DNA from: Catajapyx aquilonaris
Taxonomy: Eukaryota
Direction: 5' to 3'
Assembly (NCBI GenBank): GCA_000934665.2
Contig: JYFJ02001330.1
Span: 1-64,000, forward strand
Length of the DNA: 64,000 nucleotides
Shown here piece by piece: positions 39,144 to 50,788 of the stretch. Made by a program: the position numbers and the translations under genes. Under the pieces are notes generated by a model that ran no database searches, was not told where the DNA came from, and saw only the letters and a program-made list of their open reading frames with translations. Position 1 is the first letter of the stretch, and the number at the start of each line of letters is the position of its first letter.

Positions 39144-40186
39144 GGTGACACACTCTCACTTGAGATCCTCTTGCCAGACCGACATGCACAGATGCAATGG
39201 GCCAGAGGCCGATGCATTCACCTTTTTATACGCACAAATCAGCTGCTTTGGCAAGGTGGGGGAAAAAAAAGTGTTGGCAAGAAAAGGCAGGTCTTTTTGC
39301 GTATGGTAGTGGTAGAGTGGTGGTGGTGGTTTCAGAGGCAGCAAGCTAAGAAGGAGTGGTCCTCAGGTCCAACCCTCCCACCTTTTGTGACGCCCTCCAA
39401 TCCGTTAGGAGAGGGTACGTGGGTATAAGGATGCTGTCAAATTTTTTTTCTTCACTATTTTACTTTAGTGGGTAGGGACATATTGGTTTTTATGAGTAGA
39501 AAAAGTGAGTTCAATGCTAGTAGCCCACATGTTCCGCCTGTTGAATATTGATATCATGGGTGTTGTATACCAGCGCATCCTTATATGATTTACTTATACT
39601 GTAAGACGCCTACTAGTTAGTACTACAACATGATACAGTATATCTTTACAAAATATCAACAACATTGTTTGCAATATGTAGTGATCTTGATTATTTCATG
39701 GCTAACCACTACTCAGCAAAAAATTGCTCCAAAACGTCGATACCAATCACTCTGCGTTTTAAATATATTATTATAACAAATGGGCCAGTTATTCTGTTTG
39801 TTGCGCAATAATCCGACCTCCGGCTGTAAATTAGGAGATAAATCGGCTCCGAACACATTACACATTCGCATGCTGCACTTACCGAACGAACACAGAATGC
39901 ACGTGTCTCCTCCACCCTCTTCCGAACCGGCTTGGCATCAGGTTTTTGGGCAAACCTTTTTTGAATAATTTCTCATCAGCTTTCACCTTTACTATCGAAC
40001 TTGTTCGATCCTTCTCGCCATTTGCCATAAAGCGTAACAATGTGACGCAATATCTGTATGAATCTGTATATGAACATTTAGAAACACCACTGCAAGGAAA
40101 GTAGTTCCACATAGCACGAGGGCATTATGTATGAACACATATGGATACTTCTGATATTAATGTGAATTCATGGAGCCTGTCCTTTG

Positions 40187-40320
40187 AACTTCAAACCTCA
40201 ATGAAATCCAAAGAAAACTATGGAAATTCCCTATACGTTTTCAGAGACATAATGTGACTCTGAAAACATATAGGGAATTTCCCTATAGTTTTCTTGAGAT
40301 TTTCTTTACGTTTGAGAGTT
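40187..40320. repeat. Long imperfect inverted repeat (hairpin)
   Basis: AAGAAAACTATGGAAATTCCCTATACGTTTTCAGAG-loop-CTCTGAAAACATATAGGGAATTTCCCTATAGTTTTCTT, with further pairing outward. Confidence 0.75.
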
Positions 40321-43271
40321 ACTACAGTTACTTAAGATGTTGGGAACAGTTCTAACACAGACTATAGCGTGATAGTTGCCGTTTCAGTCGTGGGAGCGTG
40401 CCCAATCCCATGTTGAGGATTGTGACGCAATAGGTACAGTCTATATGGGAAGCATGTCGACTATAAAAATTCGTATACAACACGGGAGGTCCCCCCAAAA
40501 ACTTTTCCTTTTTAACCTCCTCCAAAAACCCATCCCTTTGTTCGTTACTGGCCATCTTAGCACGGTCAAGGTGAGCCGGATTGACCTTTTCGCAACAAGT
40601 TGGTTGAGTTTTCCAACAGAAAAGGCCGATTTCTGGTCCCCTACTTTGCTATTCACCTTCTGGGATTTCGCCATTATATGGACGAGGGGCCTGCCGAAAT
40701 GCGATCGCCACCAATGAGCTTTTTAATTACCGAGAGAGGGCACCTTCTCTCTAAGATTCAGACCGATGCACTGTTTCCAAGGACAAAGGAGTTTCGGGTT
40801 TCTCTGGCCTCCAGCTACATGAGAGCACATTTTCTCAACTTGGGTTTTATGGACGAACCATAGGCGATTCTAAGTAGGGAGATAAAGCGTTCTTATACTT
40901 GCAAAGAATGGTGACCTCAACAGGTTCTGTAAGGGTTTTGTGTCCAGCATCAATCCAAATGCTAGAAGACATGACAGTAGATAAGTTGGGAAGTAATTAA
41001 ATGTCCGGGGCAACACGTTTTAAAAGGGTGTTCATTAAGCCCTAGGCTTAATGTTGTGTTTGTGTGATTGATTGCTAAGAGAGGGTTTAGAAAAGTAAAA
41101 CGGAATTTAAAACGTGATTCATTAATTTCTCACGTCAGCATAATAATCCAGACCCTGATGGCCTTAGTTTCTTATTTCCTACACTTGGTCAAGGTTAAAC
41201 CACATGCTTCACTAAAAATTGTTTTGAACAATAACTTGACATCCTTTGTCCCTCAAAAAAATTCTCAAATTTTGCAGCCGGGTTTTAAAAACCGATGCTA
41301 TCAAAAGATAGGTGGAAGAAACGTCACAAAAAGACGTATCCTTGAGACGCGGTCTCATGTTTTTCCCAAGTGATTCAGAATCATGAAAAACAGGCATAGC
41401 AAGGACTAATTTACCTTTCCTTGCCTTATACATGCAGTCTTATTATGCAGAACCCACAAAAAAACATTTGGCCAAGTCGGGATTCGCTAATTTGTCCTGC
41501 CTGTCCTCAAGAGATGATATCAGAATCGTCTGGGAATTTTAACAACTCTAATCAACAATCGGACATTTTCCGCGCTTACAAAGCTATTAATTCAGCACTT
41601 GCAATTGCACAAAAAATGTGCAATTAGTCCGGAAGTTCTTCCAAGGCCAATATTTTACTACCACGATACAAATCCGCGTTATCTGAGACAGATATACTGC
41701 CCACGACAAACTAACCGGATTGCAATCTTGACCCTCCACAGCCAATGTCACTTGTCGAATAGCAAAAAAAAAAAGAGAGCGTAGTTTTTGCAAAAATGTT
41801 CTGTTGAGCAATATGACGGAGGGGGCAGGTTCAGAAAAGAAGGTGAAGGTCAGTCGCATGTTGTAATCCGATACGTGCCCACCTGTCACGTTTTTCGGTA
41901 CGTCCGACCGGGACATGTGGACTTAGAGATGGTGGGTGTGGACATATGTCGAAATCGGCTTTCTAGTCGCAAAAATTATCTTCAGCTACTTTCTACTTGG
42001 TAATCTGTAGCACACCCGCACTTTAGGTGAGCACGGGTCACCCATTTTGAAATGTCGCAATTTCGTGCATTGTCTTTGATAACATCATCACACCTTAGTA
42101 CGCTTCACTGAGTTCACCCACACTCATATTCAGTCGCCTACATTCGACTAGTAGCCCCCAGCATTTCTTTTCCCCCGCCCTGAATATGCATTAATTTTCA
42201 AAACGATGATGGGTAAGGTCAGCATCGTGTTTAATTAATAGTTGAGTACAAAACACCTTCTTGAAATATTTTATACTCATTACGACTACACCTTAAAAAT
42301 TGCAAGGACACCTTATCACATGAAACATCATTTTGCGTACAAATGTTATTCAATGAATTCAACCCAATCCTTTAAGGTATAGGATGTGGAAACAGGTGTG
42401 GGTCCAGTGACCCTCGCCCCTTGCTGGATCCCAGGTGTGGGCCGATACATCAAAGGCCTAAATTGACCTTCGAGGTGCTGGCTAATCACCGTCTGATTCC
42501 TCGTGGTGCGCACGAGGAAACGGAAGGAATAATGGTGAGCCCAAGAATGCCAACTCCTCCCTGACATCCTTCGCGAGCCTTATTACCAAAGCGTTTGGTT
42601 TGCTGGTGGTGGATGACCTCCGCGAGATGAAACAGTGACCTCGTTGATGTTTTACTGAGAAATAAAATAAACGGCTAGGGTGACGAAGTGTACCGGCGCG
42701 AGAAAGAACCTGTTATAAAGGTATAGAGAGCCATCAGGGTCGTCGGAAGACAGAAAAGTCCTCCAAGTTTGACCGGGCTCATTTCCGCGTGATTTCTTGG
42801 GTGCTGTTGACCAGTAGCATATAAGTGGGGGCCTTACAAATCGACAGTTATCTTTAGAATCAGATAGCGGGTTCGCTTCCTGCTGCTGCGATTTATGGGC
42901 TCAATAGCTTTGATGTGTCATTCATGTAGGTTTCATGAGTGACGTCAAACTTGCATACCATTTGATAATATCATTTGGATACCAAATTTAATTATTGCAC
43001 TTCTCACTTGCAATTTACCAATCACAATAATTATAATTATTGTGATTGGTAAATTGCAAGTAACTTACGTCGTTTCTTTGATATGCATTCACACTGGCTG
43101 CAAAGGAAAATAGTGGCATGATTCCACAACAATACTGATAACTTAATAAAACACTGACACTTTTAAATGCGGAGTAGCGTTTTATTATAAATATCATGTA
43201 ACAGTGATTTTTTGTTTGATGCCAGTGTAAAGAGAGTAAGGGGCTGCTCTGGCTTTCAATCCTGCTTCTCT

Positions 43272-46200
43272 TCACTGAGCCAGTTTTTTAGGTGGGATGA
43301 CTTCATACTTTTCGTTGCTTCCACCCTGAAACATGAGATCCTCAAGAAGGCTCCACACTCCCACCTTCTTGGAAATCACCAAATACCGATCCGTGCCCTT
43401 CCCAAGGCTCTGGCTCTTCAGTCCTAGTTCGTGGGCAATTCTAAAAGAAAAGGCATGAAAAAGCCACTACAATAATACAGTATACTGTAGTTATAACAAT
43501 GTGTGTCATGTTACTTACTTGTGCATCACTGCTCTTTCCTCGTTGGTAAACTCGGTAGTAAAAGTGAGATCAGTACATCCAGTGTCATTCACCTTGAATT
43601 CTCGCAACTTCTGCTTCACCTTCAGTCGGAAGTCTTTGGTTGAGGTCACTTCCAAGCCCAGACCAGCACGACTTACAGTGGAATTTACCCTAATAACAGT
43701 AGCAGTGTAATTAGTAGTACAGTATAATAAACAAGAACTCCACCCAAGGTGTTTCAAAATTGGTGCACTTCTCCTTGGATGGAAGTTCCTTGTGATTTGT
43801 TGTTCACAAAAGTACACCGAGCAATTTAGGCTTCGTAATAATGGCAATAATTGGCAAGCCCAAGTTAAGGTTAATTTTGTAACACCTCTTGCAATAGGGT
43901 GAGGCAATCCATTTGTCATGGGTGGTTGTGTGGTTGCTGATGTTCAGGATGACCCCGGTTATGAGGAATGGGTGAAGAAAATTTAACTCAAGATTATCAA
44001 CAGTACTAATTGAAGCTCAATCATCAAACTCAAATAGGGGCAATAATATATTGTTGTTTTTCCTTTCCCAGTCTGGGTTCTTCACAAATGATCAAATCAC
44101 CCAGTCCATGATCAATCCCAAACCAGCAGATCTCAAACATTTTTTCAACTTACCACAGATTACAATCAGATTGTTATTGATCAGTATATCAAATAATGTT
44201 TTATTTACTTTATGCCATGCACTCCCCATGCCCAGAAAATAATTTGATATCTCCCTGAGATTATTATTGCCAGGAAATGTGAATGAGTAATTCCTTCTTC
44301 ATAATAGTTACAAGCAATTCAAAGTGACTTACACATAACTAGATGACAATCGCAAATAATGAGTTAATGACTCTATGTTATGCATATATACTGTGGCATG
44401 TGGTAAAAATTGAGCTGATCAGATTTTTAAAAATGTACATCTCTTGGATGTACTGTCAAGTTGGTGGCAAGGTGTGTCAATGCAGTAAAAGGTTTTATCT
44501 ATATTCTACCTGCAAAGTAAAAACCTCTTGTCTATGTCACAGAATGAATGATAGATCTTCACCTCCATTCCTCTGTCAGTGTCGACCAGTCAGTAATGTC
44601 TGGGCATGCTCCTATAAATCACTTGCCAACTTTCACAATAAAACACAACCTCCTTGCAACCATGTCCTTTAACTTCTAAGCTCTAGGGGTCAAAGGTGGC
44701 CTGAGTTATGTCCGGCTTCTGGCATTGAGGTTTTCACCCCTCCTCCCCACACTTTGAACTAAATGTGCAGCTCTCATTTATTCCCCTACCCAAGCAGGCA
44801 AGATTTGGTTGCAAAACATGCACTGTAAAGAATCAGGAAGCACTGAGATATGAAACCTCATGAAAAATAATATCACCAAATTTAATACAGGTCAACCGCC
44901 TCCCTTAGAGTATATCGGCTCCATGGTCAACCTTGTTTATACTGTCGTACCACAGTAGATGCGGTAATACAATGGATTGTCTGCCTGTCCTTAAAAGGCA
45001 CCTCCTAGCATCCACCACCTGCTCTGAATCCCACCCATTCCAGCTCACCCATCAAGATAACTCATGGTGCCTTTAGGGTCAGGAAGGCAAGGCATTGTCG
45101 TATTATGTCATTCGTGCGATCATTTCTGAAGTAGTACAGCTGTGTAAAAATGTAATCTTCGTAAGAGTTATTGCACATCAGCATTGTTTTAAAGCATTTG
45201 CCTTCGGACACTATCACTTACTTTCATGCCTAAATGTCACTCTCCTCTGATGCAAATTATGTCAGGTCTAAAACAGTGGTGTTGTCACCTAAAAGACAAT
45301 AAATGGCAATGGGTTGGTGGGGTTGGCTGAAGACTGACCGAAGATGCAAGTATAGTCGTTTTCAATGTCCTGGATGAATGCAGTTCTCCCACATGTCTCT
45401 CACATGTCAGGTCAGCAATTCTCGACTCGAAGGTTGAACAATTTTCTTGGTAGGCTGGCTGTCAACATTGCATGACACAACAGTTCTCTTCACCTCCAAC
45501 CACACGATTTCTGCAGTGGGATGGGGGAAGGCATACCACAATATGCCAATAATGTTGCAAGGCCATCTTATCCACTGCACACTCCTTTTGGCAGGAGCAG
45601 GATGTCATTTTGAGAAACAATGTGTTCTTTCTTCTCCATTACATATTTGGTCTTGCTCACAATCTGGCTGCCATGGATAGCGCCATCCATTACAATGACT
45701 GACGATTCCTGCAGCCTCGGTAAGTACAGCAACCATTCTTTAAGGATTGCAGAAAGATTTATTCTTGTGCTCTAGTGTATGTTGCGCATTTGCAGTGACA
45801 TATTTTTACATAGCTGTACTACTTCAGAAATTTTCCTATCATTGACATGTATGTCATATATGACAAAGGCGTGACTTCCCAAGCATCGCTACTCCCTCAA
45901 TTATCCCAGTGGGCGACCTGGAGTGGGTGGGATTCAGGTAATGGTACGGATGGGATGAGCTTTTTAAAGGAAAATTGATAATATTTACCCACTCTCTACA
46001 AAATATTTTGAGTCAGAAATCAAAACGTGAGTAAAACCTCAAGTTGGAAAGTGGCTGCTACAGAGCGTTATTCTCCTATAATTTACAACTAGCCATTCAG
46101 GTTAAAAAAATAATAATTACATGGAACTGCCCATTAAGTAATAATCCACAATAATGACACTTACTGAACCGGCTCTTGTATTCCCTGACCACTCTTTCCC

Positions 46201-48191
46201 AGCCCTCCTCCAGTCCAGCCCATCAGCCTCATCAGTCTATTACCCAGGTTGTCGCTCCCTAGCGCACCGTCTGCCTGCTGACTCCCATCTTTTGACAGCA
46301 TGTCCTCCTTCCCAACTTGCGAGTATGCAATCACCTGCTTCTTCACCTGAAAAAAAAATTACCATTCCAATCAAGGCCCTCTGGTTTTGAGAGAGAGGAA
46401 AATCTTACCTTAATAGTGTAACAAATCTGACGCAGGATTTCAAGCGCTTGATCTTGTGCTTTGTCTCTAGCCTCTCGCTTGGTCCGAGCAGTGCAGGAAG
46501 CTACGACATGTCCCCCCATCTCAATTGTACACCTGCAACAGACCATTTGAAATCAAAAGGGTCTCACAAAAATGATAATGTGAAGTGAAGGATGGCCAAT
46601 ATGACCCGAAGTCACAAGGTGAAATGTTGGTGGTATCATTCAGGATACAAAATGTTGCAATTTCACAATAAATGAATTTAAAAGGCTGATAAGTCTTATT
46701 AAACTGTTGCATTGTTGATGGATATAATTCTATAATGTAAGCTCCCTATTCTTAAATTTTGACCCAAACATTGGCGAGGATGAGGATGTTCAGCATATTT
46801 TGGACCAAATGTTCAGACACCAGTTTTTATTTCATGTGGCCTTCAAGGTCGGCATGTGGATGACACGCTTCAGTAAAAAGTATAAGATATTTTTAGCTGC
46901 CTGATGTTATGTAACTAAATAACTCGAGTGACGAGACACTGGCACGGAATTCACCAAGTGAATGTCAGGATAGGGTTGCTTCTGGGGGAATGATACGTTT
47001 ATCTCTTTTAATCTCTTTTAAACAATAAACTATTCACATTTGGTGCCAGTGACCCGTGGCCTACAAAGTTGGATGCATATTTTACCAGAGAATACCTGAA
47101 ATAGTCATGCACACATACACACAAAAAAACTCAATTGGAAAATGCAACACATATATTTTCCTCAAATAACGATTACAAAAACCACACGCTTTGGGTCAAG
47201 GATCACCTTTCACTTCACATTCATGCCCACTTTTTTCTCTCAACTTACTGAATTCCATCGGATGAATCAGAATACTTCAGATTTAATGGCATATTGCTTG
47301 CCGATCCTGACCGCTGCAATACGCAGTTTGCCCCATCTTCCTGGTACCCATGTTCAAGTAAAACCACCCCTTCAAGTGGGTCAGAGTCCGGCTTAAGAGC
47401 TGACTTCTGCCCAATGTTAAGCCGCTTGGGGATGGCCCCAGTGTTGGAAGCAGCAGCTCCATCATTCCCATTTTTGGCAGGGCATCGTGGCTGGTACTTT
47501 GAAATGGATCCAGGCAGCGGTTGCGTGATGGGTGGTATAGGGATTGTTGGGTCGTATGGAGTCGGTTGGGTCGAATAGTTAGAGATCACACGAGGAGGTT
47601 CAGATTCATCCGAAGGGGTCTCCGCCGGACGCTTTGTGCCTAAAATGAAATTAAGGAGGGTTAGGCAGGTTAGGAATCGTGTGCTGGGAGGGTTTTGAGG
47701 ATATCAGGCTAGGTAGGGGAGCTACAGTTAGTCACCTTCAGCACCTCAATTAACACAGTTCGTTATCCAGGAAAATAGTGTCAGGAAATTCCCATTTTTT
47801 CGGATCTGAACTTAGAAATTGGCATCATTACGCTTTTAAGCGGCATCGTGTGGCATGCATCCCCTTGAATGAATGAATTAGTACCTCTCTGCTGCTTGGC
47901 CTCAGCAGCATCCGAGGCCTTGACAAAGGTCCTCTTCAGCTTGTCCTTCCTCTTCTCCCGAAACGGCTCCACAACCCCCTTGGACAGCTCCGCCACTTGC
48001 TTCATAACATCTGGGTGGTAACGACACCCAAGAAACTCCACATTGGCAAACACCTGAGCCAAGCAGACCAAGCGATCCTCGGGGAACTTGTCCTTGTGTG
48101 CGTCTATCAACCGACGCTTCAGCTCCCAGTGGTCATCCGTCTCCCCGCGGCCCCTGTACTTCTCCGGGTCCCAAGATGTATCCAGAGACAT
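43272..48191 (-). CDS. NKRF: NKRF-like protein (XTBD, dsRBD-like, G-patch, R3H), complement(join(43272..43440,43519..43689,46165..46346,46409..46532,47249..47639,47885..48191)), 447 aa
   Basis: XTBD YR...E.DDHWELKRR.I......F..DRLVCLAQVF.N..FLGCRY; G-patch NLGNRLMRLMGWTGGGLGKSGQGIQEPV...RAGLG; R3H F...FTNEERAVMHKIAHELGLKSQSLGKG..R.L.I. Confidence 0.88.
44989..45970 (-). mobile_element. Degenerate IS630/Tc1/mariner-type (DDE_3-like) element relic in NKRF intron
   Basis: Frameshifted minus-strand peptide VDKMALQHYWHIVVCLPPSHC / EIVWLEVKRTVVSCN (about 45465-45580) resembles H.VLRLPPYHC.LNPIE.IWA.VK..V...N; degenerate inverted repeats at about 44989..45062 and 45898..45970. Confidence 0.55.
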
Positions 48192-48428
48192 GATTTGGAG
48201 TCCCGTACGTATCAAAACGTATGGAAAATGTTGCAGGCCTAGAATATTAAATATGCAATTACAACCATGCAGTATTGGTAATGCACACGCTCTCTGTACA
48301 CTCCAATTAAACCCGTACTCCACCTGTACGCAGCTCCGATCAATTCCACTTGCTAATTTCTCATCCGTTCGATCCGGTTCGATTGTTGTCTAATTGCTAC
48401 GGCTTCAGAGCGCTTCAGAACCTACTGC

Positions 48429-48666
48429 CAGGGTGACCAGGTGACGCAGAAGCCATGCGCAGAAGGAACTACCCGATCCCACGGTTGGAAATACCCTACC
48501 AGTATGGGAAATCGAAGCAAAACTTAAAATACCTGTAAAATACCCTCCTTTTACCCCCACAAACTTAATTACCCTGTGATTTACCCTACACCGTATTTTG
48601 AGATACATAATAGTACCCTACGGGTAGGGTAATTACCGGGTAATTACCCTACACCTGGTCACCCTG
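48429..48666. mobile_element. 238-bp hAT-like MITE
   Basis: Perfect 15-bp TIR CAGGGTGACCAGGTG / CACCTGGTCACCCTG; 8-bp flanks CCTACTGC / CCTACTAC (7 of 8 identical, TSD-like); internal TTACCC subrepeats. Confidence 0.75.
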
Positions 48667-48861
48667 CCTACTACCCAAAGGGATGCACTGTGCCTACTAC
48701 CTGTGCGACGTTGCCATTTGCATCCAAATGACGCCCCGCCAAAACCTGCATGAAATTTCAGTCTTCAATATATTGTCGCAATGATTCAAACTTGGATTGT
48801 TGACAATGAGAATGGAATTCCGGATAGGCAGGCATGTCTTGGCCCCGGATTGTTCGCCGAA

Positions 48862-48934
48862 GTTTCCGTAGTGTAGTGGTTATCACGTGCGCCTCACACG
48901 CGCAAGGTCCCCGGTTCGATCCCGGGCGGGAACA
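48862..48934 (+). tRNA. tRNA-Val(CAC)
   Basis: GTTTCCGTAGTGTAGTGGTTATCACGTGCGCCTCACACGCGCAAGGTCCCCGGTTCGATCCCGGGCGGGAACA; anticodon CAC; TTTTT terminator at about 48942. Confidence 0.95.
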
Positions 48935-49091
48935 CTTCACATTTTTAACGATTTTCACCACTTTTTTATTCACATTTTATGAGAGTGCGGTTATGCAACT
49001 TGTAATTATGACATCTGCCAATTTTTTATTTTGGCTAATATCCAGCTGGATCAACTATCGGGGAGATAACTATCGTTGATAGGAGGGCAAC

Positions 49092-50467
49092 ATGGGGGTT
49101 GCTGGACCCACCAACAAGAGGATAGATTTGGGCAAGTTATTTTGGTTGTTGCAGGCGGCAGTGGGGTACAATGCAGCTTTGTTGCAGATCTGGGTTGGCT
49201 GAACAGCGTGAGGGTGAACCTGCCTGGCGTGAAGCAGAGGGTTCAGGCCATATCCACGAAGCGGGCCCTGAAGAAGCAGTGGCAGGCCGCATGGCTTCTG
49301 CGGGCCGTCACCTGCATTGATCTAACCACGCTTGCTGGTCTGTAAATTGATTGCGATTGATGTAACATCGCTGGCTGAACCGGATTGTATTGCAGGAGAC
49401 GACACGGAAGTAAATGTGCAGCGGCTTTGTTGCAAGGCTGCACATCCGGTTCAGACTGACCTGCTGAAGGCTATGGGCATGCAGGATGTCAGGGTGACTA
49501 CTGCAGCCGTGTGTGTCTATCCTGCCATGGTGAAAGACGCTGCCAGTTGGATTGAGAAGAGCGGGACTAAAATTCCAGTTGCTGCAGGTGGATTTGCATA
49601 CATTTTCATTAAAATCTGTCTTGTAACAGTTGCTCCATTCCAGAAACATTACAGCAAAAGAACAAACGAATTGCCTCGACATAATTCCACACAGTATATG
49701 ACAAGTCCACTAATTGTTACAAACAGGTTTTACTTTACAACTGGCAACACACCAGTTCTCTCATTTAGGAAGAAAAAATTCTGGCATGCTAATCATGATG
49801 ATTAAAACTCTCGGACTCATTTGCTTTTAGTTGCGACTGGATTTCCAAGTGGACAGTACAACCTGCAGACGCGGCTGGGAGAGATAACAGCAGCTGTTGA
49901 AGACGGTGCGTCAGAGATTGACATTGTCATAAATCGGCGACATGCCCTGGCGCATGATTGGAAAGCTCTGTATGACGAGCTGTGCCAAATGAAAGAGGCT
50001 TGCGGACAGGCTCACATGAAGGCTATTTTGGCTGTGGGAGAGCTGGGTTCTATGAAAAATGTGTACAAGGCTTCTCTGGTGGCCATGATGGCAGGAGCAG
50101 ACTTTATCAAGACCTCTACAGGGAAGGAGGCTGTCAACGCCACTCTTCCTGTAGGCTTGGTGATGTGCAGAGCTATTCGGGATTACAGGAAAAAAACTGG
50201 TTTCAACGTAAGGTTCTTTTGCTAGCTGCACTGGTAGCCGTCACAACTGTTTTCTTAAAGGTTGGATTCAAGCCTGCAGGCGGTATTCGCACTGCTAAGG
50301 ATGCGCTGAACTGGTTGATATTAATGAAGGAAGAGCTGGGGAACGAGTGGGTCAAACCAGGCCTGTTCAGAATCGGTGCCTCGGGGCTCCTGACAGACAT
50401 CGAGAGACAACTCTATCACTACGTCACTGGGAAGTACGCTGCTGGACACGAATTCCCAATGGCATAG
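49092..50467 (+). CDS. DERA: Deoxyribose-phosphate aldolase, join(49092..49131,49188..49337,49396..49587,49831..50207,50261..50467), 321 aa
   Basis: WQAAWLLRAVTCIDLTTLAGDDT, ATGFPSGQ, DFIKTSTGKE, GFKPAGGIR and FRIGAS motifs; the first intron is inferred to be GC-AG. Confidence 0.93.
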
Positions 50468-50788
50468 ACTGAGCAATCCATGTAACGAGCCCCAAATTAG
50501 ATACAATAAACATATATTTTTGTCCACACTGCTGAAACAGTGAAAGAAATAGTCGTTGATAAAATAAAATGAAGGTAAAATAAAGCTCTATTTTATTCAT
50601 TCAACAACCTTCCCATTAATTTCCATTGCACCTGGATTGCACCTCATCTTTTGTTAAGTACCAGCCTGTAACCAATCCGATCCACACACTGCAAATACCA
50701 TGTGTAATACCAAAGCTTTGTACTGAGGGACTAAAAATTTTCAAATTGCAACAATGTGACTAGATAACGCCCTAATTTCCCCCCCTCA

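Noticed and set aside
48758..49079. ORFs of 71 and 81 aa
   Set aside because: Spurious translations across tRNA-Val.
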